Shown: one piece after another, positions 13,004 through 25,974 of the stretch | Numbering within the stretch: the first letter of the stretch is position 1 | How the letters are laid out: every line of letters starts with the position of its first letter | Assembly: GCA_951406725.2 (NCBI GenBank) | Contig: OX597819.1 | Coordinates: 102,362,001-102,426,000, forward strand | Length of the DNA stretch: 64,000 nt | Reading direction: 5' to 3' | Origin: Octopus vulgaris | Taxonomy: Eukaryota | The notes under the pieces: model-generated | Seen by the model: the letters and a program-made list of their open reading frames with translations, nothing else | Database searches by the model: none | Told to the model about the DNA's origin: nothing | Translations under genes and position numbers: made by a program

Positions 13004-13557
13004 GCCCTGATGCAGTACCAGGCAGTGGCTCTCATGGCTTCTGATCTTAACTGATTGGAAGTGTTATCATGTACATTGTTTTGTCTTGGTATAAAAGATG
13101 GGCTACAGCAAATATTCTGCTCAATACCACAGATTTGCTTGTCAGTTGTTTGACCTTAACCAGTTGAGCATGTCCCTTAGTGGCTGACGATATGTGCATC
13201 TCTGATCACGAGCAGAAGTAGTGGGGGAGCATCATAGCCATGTGTTGAGAGGGATTCTTTGGGGTTTGAATAGTTCACCTCTGGAAACATGGGTGGTTCT
13301 TTCAACATCCTTAAACAACCCTTATTCAGGGACCGTTTGAGCGGGATGGGCTACTCAACCTGAAGAAAATTCTAACTGGGCCCCACCTGCAAGGTCATGT
13401 GCTGTTTATCTTGATATGAGATCACCATGTCGCGCACATATGGTTGTGATGCATGTGCCTGGTGTACCTTTATCAGACGGGTAGTCATGATGGGTATATT
13501 GGGCTTCGTATATTTTACCCCAGTGTCACTTTGATGGCATGAACTGCTCTCTCACTC
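13003..13557. mobile_element. Unclassified ~555-bp insertion within an (AAT)n tract
   Basis: Complex sequence bracketed by (AAT)n on both sides; absent from the related copy at 18733-18960, where (AAT)n runs straight into the hammerhead-bearing tail. Confidence 0.6.
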
Positions 13558-13593
<36 letters not shown>

Positions 13594-13640
13594 AACAACA
13601 ACATCGAAAAATGAGAAACCTAGGTTCGAAATTTCCTTAA

Positions 13641-13688
13641 GACACCTGATAAAGGCTACAGGGTTATATCAGCCGAAACATTGTTAAC
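13641..13688 (+). ncRNA. Degenerate hammerhead motif in the PLE downstream repeat (13590-13770)
   Basis: GACAC-CTGATAA-A-GGCT...AGCC-GAAA-CA-TT-GTT; core G8 mutated; same family as 18866-18910. Confidence 0.55.
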
Positions 13689-13789
13689 AACAAACAAGAT
13701 GAGGACAAATATCCGTCAAATGTAAATAATGTACATAATAAATTTCTCATCTCTTAAATATATAACTGTACTATTGTGGATCTCCAATT

Positions 13790-13868
13790 TACTATTTTGG
13801 TATGTAGACCGTCAAAAAACTTATAGGGGCCCTCGGGGGCCATATGGATCCGTGTTGAGAACCACTTC
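13790..13868. mobile_element. hAT-like MITE end
   Basis: GTTGAGAACCACT followed by CTCTAGA, resembling Charlie-type TIR CAGTGGTTCTCAAC and the TCTAGA target motif; related to 21698-22420. Confidence 0.55.
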
Positions 13869-14009
13869 TCTAGATCACTGAAAGAAAAAAAAGGAGTATC
13901 ACTCAATCATCGGAAAAATGCTTTGTGGTATTTTATCCGGCTCTCTGCCCTGAAGGTCCAAATCGCAATGTAATAAATATTGCCTTTCACACTTCCAGGG
14001 TCGATAACC

Positions 14010-14375
14010 TAGTGGTATGGCAACAAGCTTGCTTCCTCACCACATGGTTCTGGGTTCAGTCCCATTTCGTGGGACCGTGGGCAAGTGTCTTCTACCATGG
14101 GTTCTGGGGGACCAAAGACTTGTGAGTTAATTTAGTAGCCGGAAACTGCAAGAAGCTCGTCGTATATGCATATACGTGTGAATGTGTTATATTATGTTTG
14201 TCCGCCATCACCAACTGAAAACCGGTGTTGGTGTGTTTACATTCCACGTAACTTAGCGGTTCAGCACAAGAAACCGATAGAATAAGTAGCCGGGTCGACC
14301 TATTCGCCTAGAAATTATTGATGGCGCTGTCCCTGCATGGTCGCATCCTAATGACTGAAACAAGTAAAAGACAAG
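14010..14375 (+). mobile_element. SINE family A, diverged copy
   Basis: CACATGGTTCTGGGTTCAGTCCC...GGGCAAGTGTCTTCTAC...ATGACTGAAACAAGTAAAAG. Confidence 0.85.
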
Positions 14376-14737
14376 AGATAAGAAGTAAATACTGCCTAGC
14401 ATTTTGACGGTCATTTCACAAGCCTTTGTCTCGATAACAAATATTGGGAAAAAATCTGCTGAAATTAATGCCATGGAATGACAGCGTTTACCATTTTCAT
14501 TCATTTGGAACTGGGAGATGGGTTTTTTTGGTCATAATTATTAGTATCCTGATAATGAGTGGTGTTGCTGAGTTAATAAACTCAATTGTTATGATGAGAA
14601 GGAAAGGGAAATAAACTTATAACATATACGGACGGAGTCATAGTTGAAGTCTAAAGTGACTATGAATATAGGCTCTGAAATGCAGGGGAAGAGACAGGCA
14701 GATGATGGTATGTGTTAGAAGGTTGAAGGAAGAAAGA

Positions 14738-14773
<36 letters not shown>

Positions 14774-14849
14774 CGGAGGCAGAGAGACATAGAGAAAGAC
14801 GGAGAGATTGAGAGACGGGGACTGATATGTGTGTCTGTATGTGTGTGTT

Positions 14850-14914
<65 letters not shown>

Positions 14915-15064
14915 AGAGAGAGAGAGAAAAGAAAAGAGATAGAGAGAGGTGAGGAATGAGAGATTGAGACTCAGACGGGAAGGCATAAAGTTTCTAAATC
15001 TTTGGAGAGACTGGATCATGGATGTTCTGTGTCACAACCAACGTAACGCTAATCAACGACAGCA

Positions 15065-15190
15065 GTAGTGGATGCGGAATGGCCCAGTGGTTAGGGCAGC
15101 GGACTCGCGGTTGTAAGAATGCGGTTTCGATTCCCAGACCGGGCATTGTGAGTGTTTATTGAGCAAAAACACCAAAGCTCCACGAGGGTC
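15065..15190 (+). mobile_element. SINE family C, tRNA(Arg)-like head
   Basis: TGGCCCAGTGGTTAGGGCAGCGGACTCGCGG...TTTCGATTCC; same head as the copy at 51545-51808. Confidence 0.8.
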
Positions 15191-16648
15191 CGGCGGGGGT
15201 CTAGATTGCGAATCCTCTGTACCCCAGGATGGCTCAGCTCTCCACCCCTTAAAAGCCACCGTTTACGGAATGAGGATAACAACGTAGCCTTCGCACCTGT
15301 ACAACCGCCAGTCTATCGCATGTGGTGGGTGGATCTTCAAGTTGCCACACGCATTCTTAATAGCTTAGAGTAGGCTCGAATTAGAGATTATTCTATGTGG
15401 CTAATGGCTTGGGTCCTGATTGGAAGAAGAAGAAGAAGAAGAAGAAGAAGAAGAAGAAGAAGAAGAAGAAGAAGAAGAAGAAGAAGAAGATGATGATGAT
15501 GATGAAGAAGAAGAAGACAGCAGCATGTATCACATTTAGCAATGATTTCTCAAATTTATTCAGGAAGAATTATCATTATAAAGACATTCGTACACCTTCA
15601 TACAAACGCAAGGTTACAAAGACATACACACAAACGCGCGCGCACACACGCACACACACACACACACAAACACGCACACACACACACACACATACATTAT
15701 CTTTCAGTTAGGATACATGAAAAAGTAGATATACAACTGCTACTGCTCTGTTTACAACCTCACATTTATTTTCATAATCCAATCTTTTTCCTGTATAAGT
15801 ACTATTACCAGCTATATATACACTACCGTCAGATATTAATTAGCACCCTTGATTTGCTCTTCACTCAAGGTATGTGCTGTCACCTAGTGGTCATATCTCG
15901 AACTATTGCTTTGTTGCGAGTTCACTGTTTCGCAGAACGATGACGTAACTTTGTTTGCAGAGCAGTTTGAGAGTCTACAGCCTTATGATGTTGACATAGC
16001 AGTGCAACAACTTGGAGTGCGGATGCAGAAAAATCTTCCTTTGTTTAATAGATATAGGTAGCGCCTCGCAAGGACCGAAATCACACCATACTAAGTTTTC
16101 TCATCGCGTAAGACGTTTTGAACAGCTCATAGGTTAATTGATTTAACCTATATAATGTAGAAATTTGAGAAGTGCTAATTAATTTCTGACGCAAGTGTAT
16201 ATATATATATATATATATATATAGGGTGGTGTAGATATAAATAAGTTTCCGAGTTTGATCTTACATCATGATACATTGGACAAATGTCTGTTTCCTTATC
16301 CGTAAGTTGACATTTGGTGTCTGAATGGAATTTTGAAGAGAAATAACAGTGTCAAGGCCCGTTACAGGAAAAAGAAGTGACGAATAATATTTATAGTATA
16401 TATTTACGTTTTTCCGGTTGCTGTAATCGGTTACTTACAGCTTCATAATATTCAAACGGCATTCTGTAATGAAAAAAGTACTAGTATAATCCATAATTGC
16501 ACCTCACCATTTCCTTCGTCGTCACAGGCCGCGTGACTAAGGGGAAATATACATTGAATAGTTATTGAAGTGTGTGTTTGTGTGCGTGAGAGAGAGAGAG
16601 GAGAGGGAGAGAAAGAGTGTGTATGTGTATGTATACGTATATACATAT

Positions 16649-16710
<62 letters not shown>

Positions 16711-16877
16711 TAAACATATATATATACATGCATATATATATATATATACATATGTATATATATATATATATAAATAAATATATACATATATATATATATA
16801 TATGTACATATAAAAATATCAAAAAAATTATATTTGTGTGTATATGTATGTATACATATATATAATATATGTGTGTT

Positions 16878-16913
<36 letters not shown>

Positions 16914-16914
16914 T

Positions 16915-17307
16915 CTTTACTCTTACTCTTTTACTTGTTTCAGTCATTTGACTGCGGCTATACTGGAATACCGTTTTTAGTCGAGTAAATCGACCCCAGG
17001 ACTTATTCTTTGTAAGCCTAGTACTAATTCTATCGTTCCCTTTTGCTGAACCGCAAAGTTACGGGAACATAAACACACCAGCAATGCTAGGGGGACAAAC
17101 ACAGACACACAAACATACGCACACATATATACATATACATAAATACGACGGGCTCTTTCATTGTCCGTCTACCAAATCCACTCACAAGGCTTTGGTCGGC
17201 CCGAGGCTATAGTAGAAGACACCTTCTCAAGATGCCACGCAGTGCGACTGAACCCGTAACTATATGGTTAGTAAGCAAGCTACTACCACACACCCACTAC
17301 TGCGCCT
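16915..17307 (-). mobile_element. SINE family A, full length
   Basis: Reverse complement of 17516-17914; the two form a head-to-head inverted pair. Confidence 0.93.
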
Positions 17308-17347
17308 ATATAATATATACATATATAGGTTATAACCATCTCACACC

Positions 17348-17395
17348 GTCTCCGATGACGGGATATAACAAATATCCTAGGAACAGCTGTAAGAC
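17348..17395 (+). ncRNA. Type I hammerhead-like motif with variant core
   Basis: GTCT-CCGATGA-C-GGGATAT-AACAA-ATATCCT-A-GGAA-CAGCTG-TA-AGAC: stem I GUCU/AGAC, 7-bp stem II, palindromic ACAGCUGU stem III; U4C and GAAA>GGAA changes. Confidence 0.65.
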
Positions 17396-17470
17396 CTTTT
17401 ATCTATAACTGTTCTAAAATCTACACAACCTTGGTTTTTTATGTCATTACGAAAAAAAAAATCATGTATG

Positions 17471-17515
<45 letters not shown>

Positions 17516-17914
17516 GTGTGGCTGTGTGGTAAGTAGCTTGTTTACCAGCCACATGGTTCCGGGTTCAGTCCCACTACGTGGCACCTTGGGCAAGTGTCTT
17601 CTACTATAGCCTCGGGCCGACCAAAGCTTTGTGAGTGGATTTGGTAGATGGAAACTGAAAGAAGCCCGTCGTATATAAGTATATATATATATATGCGTGT
17701 GTGTGTTTGTGTGTCTGTATTTGTCCCCCTAGCATTGCTTGACAACCGATGCTGGTGTGTTTATGCCCCCGTTACTTAGCGGTTCGGCAAAAAAGACCGA
17801 TAAAATAAGTACTGGGCTTACAAAAGAATAAGTCCCGGGGTCGAGTTGCTCGAGTAAAGGCGGTGCTCCAGCATGGCCGTAGTCAAATGACTGAAACAAG
17901 TAAAAAGTAAAAAG
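17516..17914 (+). mobile_element. SINE family A, full length (reference copy)
   Basis: tRNA-like head TGGCTGTGTGG...GGTTCAGTCCC, core CCTTGGGCAAGTGTCTTCTACTATAGCC, internal TA/TG tract, tail GGCGGTGCTCCAGCATGGCCG.AGTCAAATGACTGAAACAAGTAAAA. Confidence 0.95.
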
Positions 17915-17923
17915 AAAAAAAAA

Positions 17924-17979
<56 letters not shown>

Positions 17980-18375
17980 CATATATATATATCCCTTCTC
18001 TCCCATATGTGTATATGCGTTACTGTTACTATGTGTTTGCCTGCGTGTGAATATGTGTATAATAAAGGGCAAATAAAATGGCCAGGAAAAAATACGATGC
18101 TTGAAGGGAAGTTATTTATTCCTAATTATATCAAAAATTAATTGCCCAAATATTTTGCTCTCAACCCCGTCCGGTTAATGTTAGGTCGTTTCATTATTGA
18201 ATGTCAGAGGCCAAAATGACCACCGTATAGTGACAACCACCCATGTATTGCATCCCATCCCTTTAATATATGTGCGTGTGTGTGCGTATATGTTATGATT
18301 GCTTATATATGTCAATAAAGAAATATTATATATGTATATGTATGTGTACGTGTATATGTATATATAAATATATAC

Positions 18376-18406
<31 letters not shown>

Positions 18407-18421
18407 CACATATATACATAT

Positions 18422-18486
<65 letters not shown>

Positions 18487-18697
18487 CACACATTCATACA
18501 ATGTTGTATTCTATCCATGACTTCCTAAACCCAAATTTGCAAATTGCAAATTCCTTAATACACAGCTGTTTCCAGCACACCACATTTGACAGATATAACA
18601 TTTCAATTCCTGTTATCTGGTCTGACAGACATCCCCCTGGTCATCACTTTTACTGTCTCCCCGCTCTCTCTCACTTTTTTGAGTCTTCTCTATCCTC

Positions 18698-18732
<35 letters not shown>

Positions 18733-18795
<63 letters not shown>

Positions 18796-18962
18796 CAACA
18801 ACAACAACAGCAACAACATCGAAAAATACCTTAGGAATGAGAACCCAGGCTCGAAATTTCTCTAGGACACCTGATGAAGGCTGGAGGGTATATCAGCCGA
18901 AATGTTGTTAACAACAAACAGGATGAGAACAAATATCCGTCGAAGGTAAATAATGTAAATAA
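18733..18962 (+). mobile_element. Solo copy of the PLE downstream repeat: (AAT)n plus hammerhead-bearing tail
   Basis: Matches 13560-13740; contains GACAC-CTGATGA-A-GGCTG-loop-CAGCC-GAAA-TG-TT-GTT at 18866-18909 with an intact core and 5-bp stem II. Confidence 0.8.
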
Positions 18963-19733
18963 ATCTGTGAAAATTTTAATAGACATTTTATTTAAGAGAC
19001 GTAAGTCTTATCAACCCACCTATTGGTCATAGCAGACGAAATGGAAAAGGTGTTGCCCCGGAGGATGGAGAGAGAGAGAGAGAGATGTGCTGGAACAACT
19101 ACAGCTTGTGGGGCTCTCACTTGTATATAGCCATCTCTGCCGCGTTTGCAGTGAGTTGGGATGTAGTTCAGGGAACAAAATCACTGGAAGGTTCTACTGC
19201 CACTCGCTCGACCACAAATGTTTCAGAGAGTAATCGGAGCTTTCTCAATTTTCCTTTCTCGGTTCTATGCGCAGCAAAGTCTGGGTTGGCAGCCGGACAC
19301 ACATGGTTACCGCTGAAAATGGTCTTGCAGCATGTGGGATCTGAAGTCCACCACTGCGGAGCGGGAAAACTGTCTTGCCGTTCGGGCTTTTACCCCCTTC
19401 ACTATCCAGCTCTGCAGGCTTTAGCTGGGAAGGGAAGCCTGCAGCTTAAAGTTCATGCTATATGATTTCATTGAGCGCAGCATGGCGTGGTAGGCAGCTT
19501 GCACTATTACAGTATGACAATGGGTGGAGGCCAAAAGAAACCACAATGTGCACTCAGCGGCATTTTAACTGCTCATAGATCTGGATGCCAAGCCTCAAAG
19601 AAACACAAATGCACAAGCAGTCGCTATCCAATTGAGTACCAGTCGAGATTAATGTCACTGCATTGTGTACGGCACCGCTATGTGGTTAGGTGGATGAGCG
19701 GAGATAAATGCTGGACACTATGGTCAAGATGAT

Positions 19734-20160
19734 CAGGAGTGACTGTGTGGTAAGTAGCTTGCTTACCAACCACATGGTTTCGGGTTCAGTCCCACTGAGT
19801 GGCACCTTGAGCAAGTGTCTTCTACTATACCCTCGTGCCGACCAAAATCTTGTGAGTGGATTTGGTAGACGGAAACTGAAAGATACCCGTCATATATATG
19901 TATATGTATATATGTATATATATATATATATGAGTGTGTGTTTGTGTGTCTGTGTTTATGCTCCCCACAATATCGCTTGACAACCGATGGTGGTGTGTTT
20001 ACGTCCCCGTAACCTAGCAGTTCGGCAAAACAGACCGATAGAATAAGTACTAGGCTTACAAAGAATAAGTCCTGGGGTCGATTTGCTCGACAAAAGGCGG
20101 TGCCCCAGCATGGCCGCAGTCAAATGACTGAAACAAAGAAAAAAGTAAAAGAGTAAGAGT
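19734..20160 (+). mobile_element. SINE family A, full length
   Basis: Collinear with 17516-17914. Confidence 0.93.
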
Positions 20161-20570
20161 ACATACATACATACATACATACATGCATGCATGCATACAT
20201 ACATATAGAGAGATATAGATATAAATATATAATGTGTGTGTATGTGTGTGTATATATATGAATATATTTATGAATATATATTTATGTGTGTGTGTGAGTA
20301 TACTGTCATAAATAGATTCACACATATTCCTACTGTTACCATCAATAGCCATCACTTATGCTCTATATTTCCTTTTCCCATATGCTCTATATTTCCTTTT
20401 CTTCATCTTCTTTCTCTCTCTCTCTTTCGTCTGCATCTTCCCGCTCCTCCCTGTCCTCCTCCTTTTTCTTCTCTTTTTCTTCGCTCTATTGTCGCGAATA
20501 AGAATACTATGCAAGACCGCAGGGTAAGGCTGCGCTTGTTTGCGCTAATATAACCTCTGTTGTGAGTGTC

Positions 20571-20601
<31 letters not shown>

Positions 20602-20881
20602 TGTATGTATGTATGTATGTATGTATGTATGTATGTATGTATGTATGTATGTATGTATGTATGTATGTATGTATGTGTGTGTGTACGTGTATGTATGAAT
20701 GTATGTATGTATGAATGAATGTATGTATGTAAATGTTTGCATGTACATGTATGTGTATGCGTACATCTATCTATACTCACGAACACATGCACAAACACTT
20801 AAATTCATACACTTAGATATAGCAATAAACGAAATGTTATATGCGTGCGTGTGTGTGTGTATGTGTGCTTGTGTGTGCATA

Positions 20882-20912
<31 letters not shown>

Positions 20913-21697
20913 TGCCCTGCGTGGGACTTAGTCTGAGTGTTTGTGATAAAGTTTCTATACCTGTGTATCAGACCATATCCACCCGTTTATATATACCCAG
21001 TCGCTATTACTTAGACGAAATCCACTAATCATTTTATTCTGGCTTATTTCAACAAGCCACTCTCTATTAGATCTCGTCATCTTCACGTATTACATTTTCT
21101 TTAGATGAATGTAAGTAGGTGGAGCAGCGTCTATAACCCCTCACTGACCCCCGTCCCACCGCTTGTTACAGTGATAACAGGTTGAATTTAGAGTGGTTAT
21201 TGTTCAGTTTGAATTGATGCAGATTATTTGCTGCTGGAACAATGAAGGAAATTAGCAAAGAAGATCTTCCAATGTTTTGTCAGTGGGTGAGAAGAAACAT
21301 TTTGTAAATCTTTTATGTTAGTTTGGAGTGTGAGATCGAATAACGTGTAATAATGGTCTGATGTGAGAAGTACCAGTAAGTAGGTGTGTGGACAGGATTC
21401 AGTTTGTTGATAGTTGAACAGAGTGGAGTTTGGTTTAATGTGTAAGGTATTTGCTGTAGTGTGTAAGGAGTAATTTATAAAGCCTGCCAGCCGCATATCT
21501 TCAGACGATTAAAGAAGCACTGGTTTTCGACTAAAACATAACCCTCTACCTGAAGTCGGTAGTACACATTGATGATCACTCTACAATATCTCACCTCAGC
21601 TGGAAAGCAAATCTAAGGAGATGACATCAGTAATCTCAGAAAGATTTCCGTATACAGGATGCCACCTGTTAATAGTACGGAGACTGAAATGCTAGAT

Positions 21698-22185
21698 CAA
21701 GGGTTCTCAACCAGTGTTTTTTTCTTTATTGTGGACCCTTTCGATTACTATTTTATTCCAGTGGATTCCCATAGCCATTCAACGTTTAAAAACTTAAGGG
21801 TTCTCAACCAGTTTTTATTTCATTATTATGGACCCTTTCGATTACTATTATATTCCGGTGGATTCCCATAGCCATTAAGCGTTTAAAAACTAAAGGGTTC
21901 TCAACCAGTTTTTTTTTCTTGATATTGGACCCTTTCGGTTACTATCTTATTCCGGTGGATTCCCATAGTCATTCAACGTTTAAAAACTAAAGGGTTCTCA
22001 ACCAGTTTTTATTTCATTATTATGGACCCTTTCGATTACTATTTTATTCCGGTGGATTCCCATAGCCATTCAGCGTTTAAAAACTAAAGGGTTCTCAACC
22101 AGTTTTTTTTTCTTGATATTGGACCCTTTCGGTTACTATCTTATTCCGGTGGATTTCCATAGCCATTCAACATTTAAAAACTAGT
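21698..22185. repeat. 97-bp minisatellite, five units, derived from a hAT-like MITE end
   Basis: GGGTTCTCAACCAG at 21701, 21798, 21895, 21992 and 22089; first unit preceded by CTAGAT. Confidence 0.92.
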
Positions 22186-22608
22186 TTTATAGTAACTTCT
22201 TTCAAAATTCCAATTTTGCTTTTCACGCATTATCTTGTGTAGCTTGAACTATGAAAAATGTTAGAGAAAGAAACCTAGCTGTTTCTTGCAATATATACCG
22301 ATACATATATCTAAAGCAAAATATTTTAGAACCCTGGAAATAATACTGTGGAACCCCAATTTACTATATAGCTGCATGGGTCCCTCAGAATCTTGTATGG
22401 ACCATGCAAGCTCCAACATCTCTTTCGAAATATCACATACTGGGGCTTGGGAATCGTGAAGGAAGGAGGACCTGAAGATGGCTAAAAAAACAAAGACACT
22501 ATAATGGCAGCTTAAGAATATTCTGTATGATGATAAGCAATCAGAAAGCATTTAATTGAGGATGAGATAACGCATCTATGCAAAGTATGCGGAATGAAAG
22601 ATAGAGAG

Positions 22609-22680
<72 letters not shown>

Positions 22681-23434
22681 CAGATTGTACCCTTTTTGTA
22701 TTGGAGTGTCAGAATCTGGTGTAGGAATATTAGAAAGCCTGGTGACATGAGAGAATTGAATTAATTGTATACTGTCAACTTTGAGAAATATTATCTCGAA
22801 GGAAATTTCTCGAAAATGAGCAAGTAAACATTTTATGGGACACGAAATTTCAGAGAGAGAGAGAGAGAGAGAGAAAGACAAAGAGAGATAGAGAGAAAGA
22901 GAGAGAGGGAGAAAGAGAGAGAGGGAAAGGAGCGAAGGAACTGCAACACACAGGATCAGATATTGCCAAACTGTACAAAAATCGAGCTCCAATCAAAATG
23001 CAACATTGCCGAATTTTAAAAATAAAAATAGAGAGAAAAAAAATCTTCAGATCAACAGGAGCAACTTTATTCAGCATATGACAAAAGAAAACAAAAGATT
23101 AATAATAACTCATAATGAACGAATGGTTCCTAGACAAATTCCTCTTTGTACTGCCTGATAAACGAGAACTCCGGTATATATTTTGCCAAACGACTTTTGT
23201 AACGAATGAAATTTGATATCCCCAAATATGATTAGCACACTGTTTTAGGAGGCCAAAACGAATAAAATCTGAGTGCCATACACACACGTACACACAAACA
23301 TACGCACACACACACACGCACATACACACAAATGCACAAACACACGCACACACACACACACAGATATACACACATGCATACAGACAAGCGTTCAAGCACC
23401 TCAAATATATCAATCCAAGCGTACATATACGTAC

Positions 23435-23474
<40 letters not shown>

Positions 23475-23489
23475 ATGTATATATATGTA

Positions 23490-23562
<73 letters not shown>

Positions 23563-24265
23563 GTGTGTATGTTTGTGTGAATGTTTGTGTCTAGGTCTGG
23601 GTCTGTGTGTGTATACTTGTGTATATTGAAGATAAAAATAAGTGATGTCAATGATATTTCTAAATTTCATTTGTTTTGTCCAATTACTGTTTCGTTAGCT
23701 TAAACGCAAGCCTGATCAATGATATACTTTTACATAATTAATATAGAAATAATCGATGCAGTTGAATATGGCGAAGTGACTTACACATTGCATTCAATTA
23801 AAGCAATCAATTACGCATTAGATATGCAAAAAGAAACTAACATATGTCAGCGATGATGATCGCTATTTAATTATAGAAACAGCTGTAGAGAAATAGAAAT
23901 GAAAGTTTGAAATAACACTATGTGACTTTTTCCTCTTGATTGTTGCAATTATTCTTCACTGATCATTCGCTTTATTCATTTATAAACCTATGCAAAATGA
24001 TTTCAGCAATGGCTACTGTATTGAAATAATACAATATTAAATGTTAACATGTTATAGAAGTAGGCTGTTACATACCGTGGAAATATTTTTTTTGCATTTA
24101 TGTAGTAAATTATATTTCATGTGTGTAAATGTATGTATGTATGTATGTATGTATGTATGTACGAGTATATATGTATCTATGTGTGTGTATATATGTATAA
24201 ATAATATATGGCATATGTATATATATAAATGTATATATCACATATATATAATTATATATACGTTT

Positions 24266-24311
<46 letters not shown>

Positions 24312-24315
<4 letters not shown>

Positions 24316-24463
24316 AAGAAAACTAAAAATAGAACAAGAACGTAACAGCCGTCGGGACAGTTGGACGATACGAAAAAGCACAGGAAAAATAAGGACAGGT
24401 CATTAGGAGCATCGTGTTCTCAGTCGAGTTCCAGATCGTCTTTGCAGTTGCGGCCAGATACAC

Positions 24464-24468
<5 letters not shown>
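24312..24468. repeat. Short complex insertion flanked by (TA)n on both sides, possibly a PLE terminal-repeat fragment
   Basis: About 155 bp between two long TA tracts; only traces of hammerhead-like words on the minus strand. Confidence 0.4.
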
Positions 24469-24499
<31 letters not shown>

Positions 24500-25168
24500 A
24501 AGAGACTGATACTGCTAAGTTATGCCGTGCTGTTAGTTTTTCTGATGCATATATTTGATTCTAAAATTCGTATTGCATTCTACAATAGGTAATGTTTCAA
24601 TCGAGGTTTCTCTCTCTCTCGCATACACACACACACACACACATTCACACATGAAGAGAAAGAGAGAGAAAGAAAGAGAGAAAGAGAGAGACAGGCAGAC
24701 AGACAAGGAGATAGTGGGAGAGATAGAGGGAAGAAAGAAGGGAGATAGGGAAATGTAGTAAGACACATACACACATATATACATACAATACATCTTAATC
24801 ATTTGGCCTACAGCACCTACACACACACATCTGTGTGTGTATGTGTGTGTACGTGCGTGTTTGTGTGTGGGCGGGTATGTGTGTATGGTGAGTCTTGTAT
24901 ATGTGTGTGTGTGTCTGTGTGTTTTATGAATAAATTTGTGCACGCAGTTCGTATTTGATCATTAGGGTGTACAATGTAATTTTGCACCATACGCCTTCAC
25001 ACATACTCCTACATATAGACACACACACACACACACACACTCACAAACACACATACACACAAACACATGTATACACACATACATATGTATACACACATAC
25101 ATATGTATATATACATATATATGCATGTATATCTTATATATATTATATATATATATATTAATGTGTAT

Positions 25169-25199
<31 letters not shown>

Positions 25200-25298
25200 T
25201 TATTTATTTCTACAAACACGCACCTATTTATATACACACACGCATAAAGAAAACATGAAAAAGATATCGTATATATGTGTGTATATGCGTGTGCGTGT

Positions 25299-25352
<54 letters not shown>

Positions 25353-25867
25353 CAATGCGCGAGACAGAGATGGGGTGATAGTTAAATATATAGTTAAACA
25401 GACAGACATAAATTGATGCATTGCAATAATGCCATCTAGTTGCATACACTGGAAACAAATGCGTTAGATACGGAGCTAAAGAATCATATTATATATTCTA
25501 GTCACACATACACAACAAGATTGTATTTTATCAACATTACAAGAAGTTATTCGGTCCGAATTCGCTTCAGTATAGAAGAGCAAGACGAAGTTTGGTTGCT
25601 GAAAAAGGCGAGAAAATTTGAAGTATTGCCGTGTAATAGTAACTTATGTAGTCAAATACAAGACTTCGGTTGTAAATAAATAAGCCTGTCACCCGTAACA
25701 CCAGGTGTTACTACGCCGCTGTGGTTTGTATACGCATGTGGTTGAGGTTATGTATATAATACCGTGAAAAACTCGCGCGTGTTTTTGCGTTTCCTCTCCT
25801 TAAATATAGAGTTCTAATACAATAGTTGCATGTTTCTTAAAGTGGATTATTTCGATGCAGAGCAACT

Positions 25868-25925
<58 letters not shown>

Positions 25926-25974
25926 TGTGTGTGTGTGTGTGTGTGTGAGTGTGTGTGTGTGATTAGACCTTTTT

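Noticed and set aside
21698-22185. CRISPR-like array
   Set aside because: Whole units repeat with no unique spacers; eukaryotic context and no cas genes.
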